In this document: positions 46,821-59,522 of the stretch, piece after piece
How the letters are laid out: each line of letters opens with the position of its first letter
How positions within the stretch are numbered: the first letter of the stretch is position 1
Source: Callorhinchus milii
Taxonomy: Eukaryota
NCBI RefSeq assembly: GCF_018977255.1
Contig: NW_024704873.1
Span: 62,001-126,000, forward strand
Direction of reading: 5' to 3'
DNA: 64,000 nucleotides
The notes under the pieces: generated by a model
The model's database searches: none
What the model was told of the DNA's origin: nothing
The model's input: the letters and a program-made list of their open reading frames with translations, nothing else
Position numbers and translations under genes: made by a program

Positions 46821-47775
46821 ATACGTGCAGCAGTGCCTTAAAAAACACATAAAAGTTGAGGGAGAGTTATTGTTACTAATAGTTAAGGTATATGTTGCAT
46901 AGTTTAACTGATTAATGTTGCATGTGACATGTAGTTTGTGGAGTTGTAGTGTGATCTTTCACTGCACAAAAAATGTGCTGAAGACCGCACAGACTTAACG
47001 CTTGCTGATACTTTATATGAGCTGTAGTTGCAATGAATTGTCATGAATGCCTATGAATTTAGGGTGGCTGAATCAAAACCTTTATTGAATCAGCTCTCCT
47101 TAAGGTTACGTTCGTTTTAGGTTTATTTGATGTATTAAACGAATTATATTATTCCGATCGGCTAGTTTCCCAGATATTTTACACGGGAGATCCGTGGTGC
47201 TGCTTGAGCACAGCAGCAACTACAAAAACAGTTCAGGACGAGTTCAGGCTTCTTCAGGAATATTGCACATTGAACAAAGAAGGTGTTTGATGACCGTAAA
47301 AGAAACACCCGTGAATCATTAACAGTGCACTCCGCAGAATATTATTACCTCTGGATAAAGAATAAAATGGCTTTACTATCTTAGAAACAATCATTGGTAT
47401 GTTATGCTTATTGCAGCAGAAAATGTATTATACTAAGGGCTGTTCAATTCAGAATTATTTTGTAGAGTATATTTATTGTGTGCATATTTACGATCAATCA
47501 TTACCAAGTTTGCCCCAGAAGACTAAGTTCTTATAAATGTCCTGATCATAGCAGATAGTTACGCATTAGAATTTTGTATCATTTTTTACACATCTCATTG
47601 ATATGGAGTGACAGATATAGGTTGGAGGTGGATTGTCTGATTATGGTTTTTGTTAATTAAAGTCTCCACCAAGATGGAAATACTTTTTTGTGTCATGTGT
47701 TATATAACTAAGAGCATGTTCAGATAAATTAGTACGTTTCACTGATGAGCATAGTGAGGAATGCACCAAACATTG

Positions 47776-48913
47776 CCACCATTTTGAATCTCTGATGACC
47801 TCCCAGCCATACTCATCATACTTCAAGGCATCCAGCAAGGTCTTGAAGCTGTTGTCATCCTCTTTGAGGTGCACCGAGTGAGCCCGGGCAAGAGATGGGT
47901 ATTTGTTACCATTATGGAGCAGCACGGCTTTGAGGCTCCTGGTTGAGCTGTCAATGAGGAGGAGCCACTCATTCTGGTTACAGGCGATTTCGATTGCCTC
48001 GAACAGACTGGTCACATTGTGGCAGAAGCAGAGCCCATCTTGACGGGTTAAGAAGCTGCAAAAAGGTTGGTGAAGCTTCCTCTGATCTGCGACTTGCACA
48101 CTTTTATCCAACAAGTTCCACTGCTTGAGCCTAAAGGTCAAAAGCTCGGCATTGGACTTGGTGAGACCAAGATCTCTGATCAAGGCGTTGAGGTATTTTT
48201 GGTTGGGATAGTATGGGTGTCTCCCCTCAGCTCCACCTCTGAAATTGTCATCTGGATCTACAACGTCTTCCTCACTCTCTGACTTGCTGCTCTCTTCTAA
48301 AGATGGGTGCTCTTTCTCCAGAGGAGTGGGTATGGGGAGCTCATGGCAGTGTGGCACCGGGGCGATGGATGACGGAAGGTGAAAGCAGGTGCATTCTTGC
48401 CAGTCCGACGTTTGGAATGGTCCACCATGGAGAAGTAGCAGTTGCTTGAGTGGTCAGTGGGTTCCTCCAAATTCTTGGGATAGTGAACTTCATGGCTCTC
48501 TTTTCGCCTCTGTACCATCCTACAAAAATACATTTATTTCACCCATAACTAATGTGTAAGAGATTCTCGCAACATTTTTCATATATTATATATTTTTTCA
48601 ATACATTGAAAATTGTAAACATATTAAAATAAAAAACTTTTCCAATTTTTTTAAATTGTAACAAATTTTATAACATAAAATTCCAACAAAAATTGTCCAT
48701 CTTACCTTCCAGAGTTTTTTTGCATTGCTCGCAGGTGAAATGACGTGCCTAGGGTTTGTCTTCATCCCTGACAGGCATGCCGAAATATGCTTTGTAGGCC
48801 TCGCACATCTTAGTAGATGCTTCCACAGAGTACTTTTTCGCTCTTGTCTTGATAAATTGGCCGCAGACATAGCAAAATGCGTATGCCGGATTCTTGCAGC
48901 CTCTTGATGCCAT
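47776..48913 (-). pseudogene. Chapaev transposase pseudogene with one intron (48520-48705)
   Basis: MASRGCKNPAYAFCYVCG..AYFG..KKTLEG^WYRG..EPTDHSSNCYF..LIRDLGLTKSNAELL..RLKQWNLL..IDSSTRSLKAVLLHNGNKYPS. GAAG|GTAAG..TTTTTGTAG|GA splice joins the frame. Frameshifts and truncation present. Confidence 0.85.
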
Positions 48914-49228
48914 CTCAGAAAAATGCAGATATGTATCCACTTAGCAGCTGTAACTAAACTGAACTGGTTGGCTTAAGGCCCTGTATTTATACTACTATCT
49001 ATGTTACTGGAAAGTTCTAAAATGTTCTAGAAGTTACTGCAAGTTTACTCAGCACTGAATCTATCTGGAATGCTCTTGAAAATAAGTAAATTTCTAAATA
49101 TCACTGTCCTGGTCACCAAAACAAAGTTTGTGGGGAATAATCGCCATTTTCTGTACTTTTGAGGCACAGGCAATTAGGAAATAACACTTACAACCCAGGA
49201 CCAAAAAATGAAAAAAAGTTACACAATG
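47776..49228 (-). mobile_element. Chapaev (CMC superfamily, Chapaev3-like) DNA transposon, 3'-truncated
   Basis: 5' terminus CATTGTGTAAC at 49228 (CAC-type TIR with one change); transposase remnant (next feature). Confidence 0.8.
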
Positions 49229-50958
49229 TATAATTAACGAACGCACAAATAAAATCACAGTTAAAATAAGCTTAATTTGTATACGCAATTGCAGGTGCCC
49301 AATATAGTCGTAGAAATTGCTTAATACCGTGTGCTCCTCCCCTAATGGGCCACACAGGGCAAGAAACGTGAGCCGTGAAAAAAAAGTGACCCGTTGGGTT
49401 AATGCCCACTTCCGCCCCCGTGCTGCCGCGATGTGAAAGGACGGAGTCTCCGGTTTTCTCAGCCCACGGGGTAGGGCAGCGCTCACACAATCGCAGCGCG
49501 TGGAACCCGAGAAGATCTGCGATAACAAGTTTCTTTAAAAAAAAAGCAAAGAAAAAAGGAGCTCCGCAAGAATGCCTATATCCTACGGCCAACCCTTTCA
49601 GAAAAACAACAAATGAAAGAGAACAGAAAGTACATTCACAATAACTGTGTTAAGCGTGTGTAACTGGGCCCTCACTTTGTCTCTGTTTTCAATGACCTGC
49701 GTGTTTCCTTTCCGATGACCATTATCCTGGCGGGGCATTCTTTTTTTTGTGCGCACGGCATTTCGGTTACTCTGTAGCAGTTATGCATTGCGCGCAACTT
49801 AAGGTTTGACATGCAATGCGATCCAGGTCATTATTTGCTCCTTCCTTACCAAAGAGGGGTCACAGATTTAAGTTGATTTTTTTTAGTTTATTGCTGTGGG
49901 AATGGGGTGCTGATCCGTCGTGGTTCATCTGTAAGTGCGATCAGACCCCAGCTCCATGGAGATCCAGGGCCAGGGTCCCCGTGTGAAGTCCATTGTCCGG
50001 GCCACCCTGAACCCAAAATCCTCTCCTCCCACCCACCCACCTCATAACCTTTATGAACCTAACCCCCCCTCCCCCCCAGCTCGTCTTGCACCTGAAAAGG
50101 TTAGAGTGTGAGAGTTGCTTAACATTTGTATTGAACAGCTTGCAAGCCTGTGCATGGATGGGGTTTGTGGAGCCTTTGCTGATCGTTGGACACAGAACAA
50201 GACGCTTTTCACCGAACACCAAACACCTGTGTAGCTCCATAGAAAGTGGTGGTGATGGCAGCACAGGTGTGGAATATTTGATTTGGAGTGGCCCTTCTTT
50301 GTACATCACTGACAAGGGTGGGGGGGGGCAAACTTGTCTCACTACGAGTCTGGTATGCTGTTCTTCTCCATTGTCAACGTATTTCCCGTTGGCTGTATAA
50401 ACTAGGCGGCGGGGATGACGGGGGATATATATTTATTTACTCACTTCATATTTACTTTATGTTTGTTGGGATTGCTTCAATGATGCACTCTCTGGATGTG
50501 TGCACTCATGAATGACCCTGACTAAGCCAATGTGGTTCGGGAAAAAAATCCAATAAATGTGGTTCCATTCCCTCCAAGAACACCCTTCTTATATCGCATA
50601 CACACCAACAAGAATATTACAAACATGGGAAGCCATACACACAAACCTATTTTACACGTACACGTGAACTCTAGATTGAAAATTAATTTCTTCTTAGACT
50701 GAAAACTAATTTCTTTAGAACTGCGTTTTGTGTTCAGTTTGCTGCCCTTCCATCCGCACCTCTAATTAGCAAGGTTGCCTACGTATGGATGCGAAAGAAG
50801 TTCAACATACATGTTCCTGTAGAGTCATACCAAATGTTAGACCATCGTGGAATGCGAAGAGGTGTATGAAGCATTAATGCGGTTGATGACAATGCAGCGT
50901 CACACCATTATCAGCAACGTTAATGTGTTGAGACCTTGATAGTAAGCAAATGAGTGTA

Positions 50959-51169
50959 CAGGGTGCTTCAAAAATGTTAACACTTCTGAGAATTTGCAAC
51001 AATATCACAAAAATGTTCCTCCGGGCCCTGGAGACCACCTGGAGAAGATTCCAGGCATGTGTTGACAATGATGGTGAACAAGTGGAGACTTTTTGAAGCT
51101 ATTAAATACATTTGTTTTCATTAAAACGATAGTTTCATTTAGGTGTTCGAATTTTTTTAAAGCACGTTG
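50959..51169 (+). mobile_element. Internally deleted Tc1/mariner element (211 bp)
   Basis: TA|CAGGGTGCTTCAAAAA..TTTTTAAAGCACGTTG|TA; retains transposase C-terminus RRFQACVDNDGEQVETF*. Confidence 0.65.
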
Positions 51170-54100
51170 TATTTCTACCAAAATAGTTTATTACTCTGCT
51201 TGCAACATGAACACACCATTTACACAAGCACACACGCATTAGAAAAACAACCACGCACGTAAGTCTCGCACTTAAATGTCAATAATGTGGAGTGCCCATT
51301 AAGCCTTTTTTTTTTACTTGAGAAGACTTTTTTTGCCATGAAATGTTTGACATTTTGGAAGCATTCGATGTGAGCCTTCTGAGCTGCAGTAGAAATGTAG
51401 AGCATTCATGTCGTTTATTTTTCAAAGCCCATTGGAGTCAGAAGATTGGAGTTGCCACTAACTCAGGTGGTTGCAGATGACATACATTCTGTTACTTTTC
51501 AAACAGTTCCTGAGCCAGCTTTAGTAAGAAGGCAAATTAGGCAGCCTGCAAGATCAGAAGTCGAATAGCGGCAGTCAGGCCAGGTCGACAGATATAATGG
51601 AGAATCCAAAGGGCAGAAAGGTAAAATGTCTGTTATATATAATTGTTTTTTATTCAACAAACTCGTTATATAGATTTGAGTATAAGATACTTTGTAAGTC
51701 TTGCATAGAATGTCAAAATCACTCAAGAAGAAAGTCCTTTGTGAAGATGTCCAGACTGTATAATTTCCAATATACACACACTTGTTGCACCAAGGCATTC
51801 GCAAAAGTAAATATCACCCAATAATTCCCATGTAACTTTGAAACGTCAAAGAATTTCTATCTTTCAACTTGCAGTTGCAATGCAAAGGAATGTCACCGTT
51901 TTCAGCCATTGTATGAGTCAACTGCGCGTATGTACATGTTGCGATGCTTCCTTTTACGGTGGAATTGTGGCCAACAGAAGTTTTGACTGTGCAGAGGCGT
52001 GGATAGGACACACCACACAAATGTTAGAAAGCATGCATGATGTATAGGAGGCCATATTCTGCATTGCAATATAACTTTAAAAGTGGCAGTCAAGTTTCAA
52101 GTGAACTGTTACTCACTTGCCACACAATTCAAAGTTGAAAATGTCAGTGCACAACGTACTGTCTTGACTCGTACTCAATAAAGTCAGTCATCAGGGTGCT
52201 TTTTTGACAATAAATGCTTGTCCAAACTCATGAGAGTTCAATTGACATGGGACTCATAAAGTCTTTACTCAAACAAAAAAAACATTCCCCACCGCTATAA
52301 GGGCTGTGTGACCGGGCAAATGAAGTGGGAAAAGGTTCAACCAGACATGGGCCACGAATGTCACTAAAGTAAACCCCATATAAGTCTCAAAGCGACCACA
52401 GCCCACTTCAAACAAAAAAATAACAACACCAAAGAGACCTCAGGTAATACACACAACGAAATAAATACAATGCATTTAAGATTAATAACCCCACCCGCCG
52501 CATGCCGGCTTCCCCGATTATCCCTTCGGAATTTAAAGTTCCATTCCATCCTCTCCCCGACGTGATGTCCCCACTTGGTTTGAGCACCTCTCTCCCCCCA
52601 CCTCTTATCCCACGCACCTATTTTATATGGTTCAGTAGAGTCGGGACTGTCCTCCGGTGGTACTGTGACATATGTACCATGCTCACGTTTTGCTACAACA
52701 AACTAAAAATGTTTTTTTTTAACACAATTAGATTCCATAGCGTTCACTACGTGCAAGCTCATGCAACCTGGCGCAAAGCAACATAATGGTGAATTAGAAT
52801 TCTCATTTATTAGTGCTTTGTCTTCATCCGTATACCTGTATATAACAGGTGCTGTACACAATATGCTGTTGGCTGATCTCGATTATAACTTTATATCACA
52901 TGCTCTTGGTTCACTGGGAATGCCTTGAGGTGAAGTCGTCAAATACTGAAGTGATCAGTGCTGTTCCTTAACATGCACACACAGAAAGTGTTATATAGCA
53001 TTTATTATTGAAAAAATCTGCTTAAAAAAACACCCTCAACTAAATTAGTTGTTTCAAATCAGTGGTTTGATATCTCTACCAATGTTTTCATTCATTTTGT
53101 ATGATGATATTTTAATGCTGCCGTGGTGCAATGGTTATCACACTGTATAAATGGGGATACACTAGTTTATCTATAGATAGGTCATCTTGGTGGGGAAAAG
53201 TGTGGGTATATATGTATGTTGAACTTCTTTCGCACCGTAAATAGCCGACAGCGCTAATCAGAGGTGGGGGGGGGGGCACAACAAAGGTAACACGAAAGGC
53301 AGGGTACTCCCACTTCTTCTAAGACGTCTGGCCGGCCTGGAAGTCTCAGCCAAAGTCCCCTCTAGAATGGTTGTCGAGAGCTCCGTTCCACCAGCAGCGG
53401 AGTGAGCAAGCCTTTGCGGGGCTGCGCCTTTACCTTGAATGAAAATGCCATGAGCACTTTACTCTAAAATACTTCGTACCAAATCTGCATATCTGTAGTC
53501 AGTGTTATGCAGAGACACGAATGTGCAGTTACGTTATTTTATAATCACGAAAAAATGACGTTCTTATTCGCATTCTATTCAACGTCCATAAATACATTTA
53601 ATATATAGCCATGGCTTATTATAAAACAGGTCAATGCATTGTTTATGCAATATTTGCACTCCACGCATACTGGCAGTTATGGTTTCAGTGTGACATTTAC
53701 AAGTGCATTCAAATGTAGTTTCATTACTCCTTGGTTACAATTGTGGGAAATTGAAGGGTCTGAGCACACTATGACATTAATATATCTGTGGCCACTCATC
53801 GAAAGAAGGCATCTCATTTAACATTTGAAGTTTATGGCATTATTGAATAATATGTAATATTTCTCATGCTTTGTAATACACTCGTTAAATGTCATGCTAA
53901 ATTGTTTAGGTATTTCAAGGTCAAGGTTAGGTCAGAAGTGTCAATACATGGAACTGTATCGCAATTTCACATGAGTCCATGACGTTTGGTTTGGTTCAGT
54001 AATTAAAAAAAGAGTAATAATTCATGGAAAGATCAATGCCTGGCTTGACACGGGAGACTCGCGCAGAGTGATTCATTGGCATGGGTTCTGTATGAAGCAG

Positions 54101-55109
54101 TCTTGGGTACTGTAGATTATGACACTAATGCAATTCAGTCAAAAGTGAATTTCCACGGTAATTTAACGTGGCTTGAATGCCCTCTACTTGGGCATGATCT
54201 CACCGTGGCCAGCCTCGCTAGACCTCAATCAGGGCAGCTTCCTCCACCTGGAAGCAATTTCAAGACTTGAGCTTTGTGGCGCCCAGACTACCCGTCCCTG
54301 GCTGCATTGTCTGCCACGTTGACTCCGCGATGTCGGTTCCCCCGCATCGACTCCGCAATGTTGCCAGCAAAGTAAATGGGGCATCTCCATTTACCCTTAA
54401 TTGACAGCATTCACAGACTAGAGTCATTATAAGAGGAGGAGGGCAGGGGAGAGGGAGTCAAATGCACCGCCGTCCCAAACAGCACTGGATTTACACAGAG
54501 CAGCCACCTATGAACTACGAACGATGTGAAATATCTCGCCGTCTGTGCTTCTTTGTATTCTGCATTTCACGAATTAACATGTGACGTTGCCAGTGCAGCA
54601 TTAATGCAGCAGGTCATCGTAAAAAAGTGCATTCTTTTGCTATGGTTTATAATCACGTAGACGCATACAAAATACACGCAAAACTTGGACAGTGGGCTCA
54701 ACTCATGATGCACGCTGAGCTGTCATTGTGCCTCTGTTTGGTGGAATGACGATTGTGTTTTCTGGAATGTCGGCTCCATTACGCAATTTGCAATGAAAAT
54801 GCGGCCCATTCCACTATGCGGGAGGGGGGCCTTTCCATTGCGCCCCCTGAGGAACGGGGACAGAGTGGCCGCCGCGAAGGTTCAGGAGCCACAAATGTGC
54901 AGCATACGACAACTCTGGGACGTGTGGTAACTATAGCATTGCAATGTGTGTGTACGTATACTGAGCTTCTTTCGCGCCGTACGTAGCCAAGCGTGCTAAT
55001 CAGATTGTGCTATCCAGGGTTGTAGAGGTCACAGGTTGTCCCTTTCAGAGTTGGGGAATTGGTGCAGCAGTCACCATGGATGAAGTGTCAATCTCACATT
55101 CACCCTTGC

Positions 55110-55340
55110 TTCTGTGTCTCCTTCTCCGAGTCCCTTGGCCTTTTGGGACATTGATGCGTGACCACGTCCTCCACTTCTCTCTGTCACCGCATCGTTCAAA
55201 TGAGACGGCTTTCATTACCCTCCAATGTTTTATGTTTGACGTCCACTCAGATCGCGGTCTTCCTCCTACCTTCAAATCTTTGCAGTGTGCCCTCCCTTTC
55301 CATTCCTTGCAGCCGGTTACCATGCTGGTCACGGGTCTGA
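55110..55340 (-). mobile_element. RTE LINE 3' end
   Basis: GRPRSEWTSNIKHW...DREKWR..NVPKGQGT followed by a GAAG-rich tail. Confidence 0.6.
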
Positions 55341-56419
55341 AATCACATCGCATTTTCCTGCATTTGACGTCACTTGGCAGCCTTAATTGATTTGTCGACG
55401 TCTCTCGTCTTTTCAAAACGTTCTTGTTCGTTGCATTGCTCATAAGACATTTTCAGAAATACCCAGAAGGCTTTCATTTTGAAGGCCAGTGATTCTCCTT
55501 CCTTTCTTTCTTTGCAAGCCCCAGTTTCACAGAAAGGCATTTCGACTGTCGGCAGCTGGGTAAATGGAGGAGGTTTTATGGGGGGGGGGAGGTGCACAAT
55601 GCAGCTTGTGGAATGGAAAGCGCTAGAGCAGAGGGCTCTTAACTCGTACATTTCACGATTACATTCAATTGTAACGGTCCTTTATCTATCGTGCTACGGG
55701 AAAAATGCTTTGTGTTTAATCACAAAAACATTTTCCCTGCACTGCGCAAACAAAAGGTAATTTTCCCCCTGCATTTATATTTAAAAATATCAAAATCCGG
55801 AAAGATTTAGCAAAGCCATCAGCAGTTATTTGAAAAATAATTCAACATTTTATAGTGCTGGAGAGTCTACATTATATAAATGTGATTTCTCCAGTGAAAA
55901 GCTATTTCCCAGACAAATCTGTAAAAATAGTTGCAAAGTTTCATAATCAAGCATAAGTCTGAATGTTTACCAATATATAAATAAGTAAAAGGAAGATACA
56001 TTGTATTTATACACATATAAAGGCAACACAAACTATTTAACTTCCAGCTTTTACATCTCCTTTCAATGGTTGGTCAATGCCACTTTGGCAAATCATTAAA
56101 TAAATAACAATTGTATCATTGTCCTTTGTCCCCACTCCGTGTTAATCGTGTCAGCTTACTAACTAAACTCGCCCCAAGTTGGCTTTGTCAATTTTCTTAA
56201 TTACAAATTGACCGACAAACAGAAAGATACTTGTGAGTGAAAAATAACAAACTTCGCTACGTTTTTATTTTTTAGTCTATTTTTCAAATAGATGAACTTA
56301 AAATACTTTATTTTATACGTGGAGGGATTTCTGCTTATATATTTTGTTACTTATGTTCTCCACAATAATGCTAATGATTATTTTATGCATGATCCAAGCA
56401 CCATCCACCTTCAAGCAGA

Positions 56420-56650
56420 ATCTCACTTGTTCAGGCACTCACCCATTCAGGCCCTCACCTATGCATAATCTTACCAATTTGTCCAGGCTCTTACCTGTTC
56501 AGGCTCTCACCTGTTTATGCTCTCACCTGTTGAGGTACTCGGGCATTTACGCACTCACCTTTTCAGGTTCTAACCTGTTGAGGTGCTCATGTGTGCAGGT
56601 GCTCACCTGTCCAGGCTCTCACCCGTTCAGACTCTCACGTGTTCAGGTGG
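56420..56650. repeat. Degenerate ~16-bp minisatellite (CTCTCACCTGTTCAGG)n
   Basis: About 14 imperfect units visible. Confidence 0.7.
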
Positions 56651-57209
56651 TATACCAGGGATGTTGAGTTTATTGAAACACATGGCATAGGTTTCAAAAT
56701 AAATAAATAAACCCGTTGGTAAAAGTCGTTCTTGAAATTGTGTCTCTCCTGGTGCCAATTCTCACGCATGCCCTCTGTGTGTACAAGAATCGTTTGTTCA
56801 ATTAAAAAAAAACTTGAAGAAATATATGCACTCTCACGGGGGCTGATGTATTATGTATTTTTACGTGCAGAGCAGCATATCGTATTGCTTATATTCTCTA
56901 CCATGACTCAAATTATTATGTTGTTATATTTTCATATAACCCTGACCTGACCAAATTGATGGGAACCGATAATAATTTTAGGAAAGTCCATACATTGGCC
57001 ATCCAACAATGGATGAAGGCCTTTCTACACCATATTTGATTGCAGGGGGTTGTCATACTTCACTGCACCACGCTGGTCAGTACAGGTTGATGAATGGTTG
57101 GGAGGGGATATGGGATTGAGGTAGACAGGGTCGGTTCTGATCTCACTCGCGAATGACGTTGGTCGTGACTGAGGATTGAATTTGGGTTGCTGGGTTTGTA
57201 CCAAAGAAA

Positions 57210-57503
57210 AAAGATCCCCGAAAAGCCTTAACATACTGTAGGGGGCAGTGCTGTTGGCGAGCACCTATGTAAAAGTCGGAACAGCACACGAGGGGGTGGG
57301 TTGCCAAGATCACGCCCTCCGCCTTTGTCTCCCTAGTGGCGATGTTTACACACCGCATCAGGTATTAATTTTGAGTCTGAGTCGACCTCGGGGAGGCCCA
57401 GGATCGGTTCAGATAATCGTCACCGATTTTGGCCGTGAGCGAGAATCGAACTCGGGTCGCTGGATTTGTGGCACAGCAGGTTAACCACGAGATTACTGCT
57501 GCC
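57210..57503 (-). mobile_element. tRNA-derived SINE (family B)
   Basis: Colinear with 842-1124; GAGTTCGATTC B box on the minus strand. Confidence 0.65.
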
Positions 57504-57919
57504 GGGTTCAAAGCGCAGTAACCACAGCACAAGTCAAAGACAATGAACTAAACAGAAATTCTGAATGTGAGTTGGGCCCATTTGTGGCATGAATAGAACA
57601 AGATTACGTTGTGTGCCGTGCACAACAGGCAGCGGCAAAGTGGCGTCACGGGAGAGTAGAAAATAGGCTGTGGACACGTTTGGTCCATAGCAGCGCTGGC
57701 AAGTAAACAAGCTTTGAGACCGAGCGAGCATATTGACGTCAATCTCAATATTGAACGGATTTGATTTTGAAAGCTTGTGGTAACTGTTCCGTTTGAACTC
57801 CATGCAACAATGTTTAATATGAGTATGATTGAATCATGTATATTGTTACAATACACGATTGGTGAACTCCGAATAACATGCTTGGCTACGTGCGGTGCAG
57901 AAGAAGTTCAACATACATA

Positions 57920-59522
57920 AAGTGAGGGAAAAAAGTTTTTGATCCCCTGCTGATTTTGTACGTTTGCCCACTGACAAAGAAATGATCAGTCTATAATTTT
58001 AATGGTAGGTTTATTTGAACAGTGAGAGACAGAATAACAACAACAAAAATCCAGAAAAACGCATGTCAAAAATGTTATAAATTGATTTGCATTTTAATGA
58101 GGGAAATAAGTATTTGACCCCTCTGCAAAACATGACTTAGTACTTGGTGGCAAAACCCTTGTTGGCAATCACAGAGGTCAGACGTTTCTTGTAGTTGGCC
58201 ACCAGGTTTGCACACATCTCAGGAGGGATTTTGTCCCACTCCTCTTTGCAGATCTTCTCCAAGTCATTAAGGTTTCGAGGCTGACGTTTGGCAACTCGAA
58301 CCTTCAGCTCCCTCCACAGACTTTCTATGGGATTAAGGTCTGGAGACTGGCTAGGCCACTCCAGGACCTTAATGTGCTTCTTCTTGAGCCACTCCTTTGT
58401 TGCCTTGGCCGTGTGTTTTGGGTCATTGTCATGCTGGAATACCCATCCACGACCCATTTTCAATGCCCTGGCTGAGGGAAGGAGGTTCTCACCCAAGATT
58501 TGACGGTACATGGCCCCGTCCATCGTCCCTTTGATGCGGTGAAGTTGTCCTGTCCCCTTAGCAGAAAAACACCCCCAAAGCATAATGTTTCCACCTCCAT
58601 GTTTGACGGTGGGGATGGTGTTCTTGGGGTCATAGGCAGCATTCCTCCTCCTCCAAACACGGCGAGTTGAGTTGATGCCAAAGAGCTCCATTTTGGTCTC
58701 ATCTGACCACAACACTTTCACCCAGTTGTCCTCTGAATCATTCAGATGTTCATTGGCAAACTTCAGACGGGCATGTATATGTGCTTTCTTGAGCAGGGGG
58801 ACCTTGCGGGCGCTGCAGGATTTCAGTCCTTCACGGCGTAGTGTGTTACCAACTGTTTTCTTGGTGACTATGGTCCCAGCTGCCTTGAGATCATTGACAA
58901 GATCCTCCCGTGTAGTTCTGGGCTGATTCCTCACCGTTCTCATGATCATTGCAACTCCACGAGGTGAGATCTTGCATGGAGCCCCAGGCCGAGGGAGATT
59001 GACAGTTCTTTTGTGTTTCTTCCATTTGCGAATAATCGCACCAACTGTTGTCACCTTCTCACCAAGCTGCTTGGCGATGGTCTTGTAGCCCATTCCAGCC
59101 TTGTGTAGGTCTACAATCTTGTCCCTGACATCCTTGGAGAGCTCTTTGGTCTTGGCCATGGTGGAGAGTTTGGAATCTGATTGATTGATTGCTTCTGTGA
59201 ACAGGTGTCTTTTATACAGGTAACAAGCTGAGATTAGGAGCACTCCCTTTAAGAGTGTGCTCCTAATCTCAGCTCGTTACCTGTATAAAAGACACCTGGG
59301 AGCCAGAAATCTTTCTGATTGAGAGGGGGTCAAATACTTATTTCCCTCATTAAAATGCAAATCAATTTATAACATTTTTGACATGCGTTTTTCTGGATTT
59401 TGTTGTTGTTATTCTGTCTCTCACTGTTCAAATAAACCTATTAAAATTATAGACTGATCATTTCTTTGTCAGTGGGCAAACGTACTAAATCAGCAGGGGA
59501 TAAATACTTTTTTCCCTCACTG
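57920..59522 (-). mobile_element. Full-length Tc1 transposon with ~200-bp IR/DR-type TIRs
   Basis: 57920-~58124 is inverted at ~59322-59522; outer and inner DRs GAGGGAAA.AAGT.TTTGA.CCC; TA at 57918-57919 and 59523-59524. Confidence 0.97.
58137..59159 (-). CDS. Tc1-family DD34E transposase, intact, 340 aa
   Basis: Start [10 protein letters not shown] (ATG at 59159); paired-like HTH region; [15 protein letters not shown] and SPDLNPIE motifs with exactly 34 residues between the second D and the E. Confidence 0.97.
   Translation of the reverse strand: MAKTKELSKDVRDKIVDLHKAGMGYKTIAKQLGEKVTTVGAIIRKWKKHKRTVNLPRPGAPCKISPRGVAMIMRTVRNQPRTTREDLVNDLKAAGTIVTKKTVGNTLRREGLKSCSARKVPLLKKAHIHARLKFANEHLNDSEDNWVKVLWSDETKMELFGINSTRRVWRRRNAAYDPKNTIPTVKHGGGNIMLWGCFSAKGTGQLHRIKGTMDGAMYRQILGENLLPSARALKMGRGWVFQHDNDPKHTAKATKEWLKKKHIKVLEWPSQSPDLNPIESLWRELKVRVAKRQPRNLNDLEKICKEEWDKIPPEMCANLVANYKKRLTSVIANKGFATKY

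Noticed and set aside
51830-52090. Ig-like pattern (VILQC..FVW..ENGD..LHC); a similar hint at ~46280-46550
   Set aside because: Needs several frameshifts and has weak splice sites; indistinguishable from chance without a profile search.
59160-59243. 28-aa N-terminal extension of the Tc1 ORF
   Set aside because: Starts at a non-ATG codon in the 5' UTR; the family-typical start is MAKTKELS at 59159.
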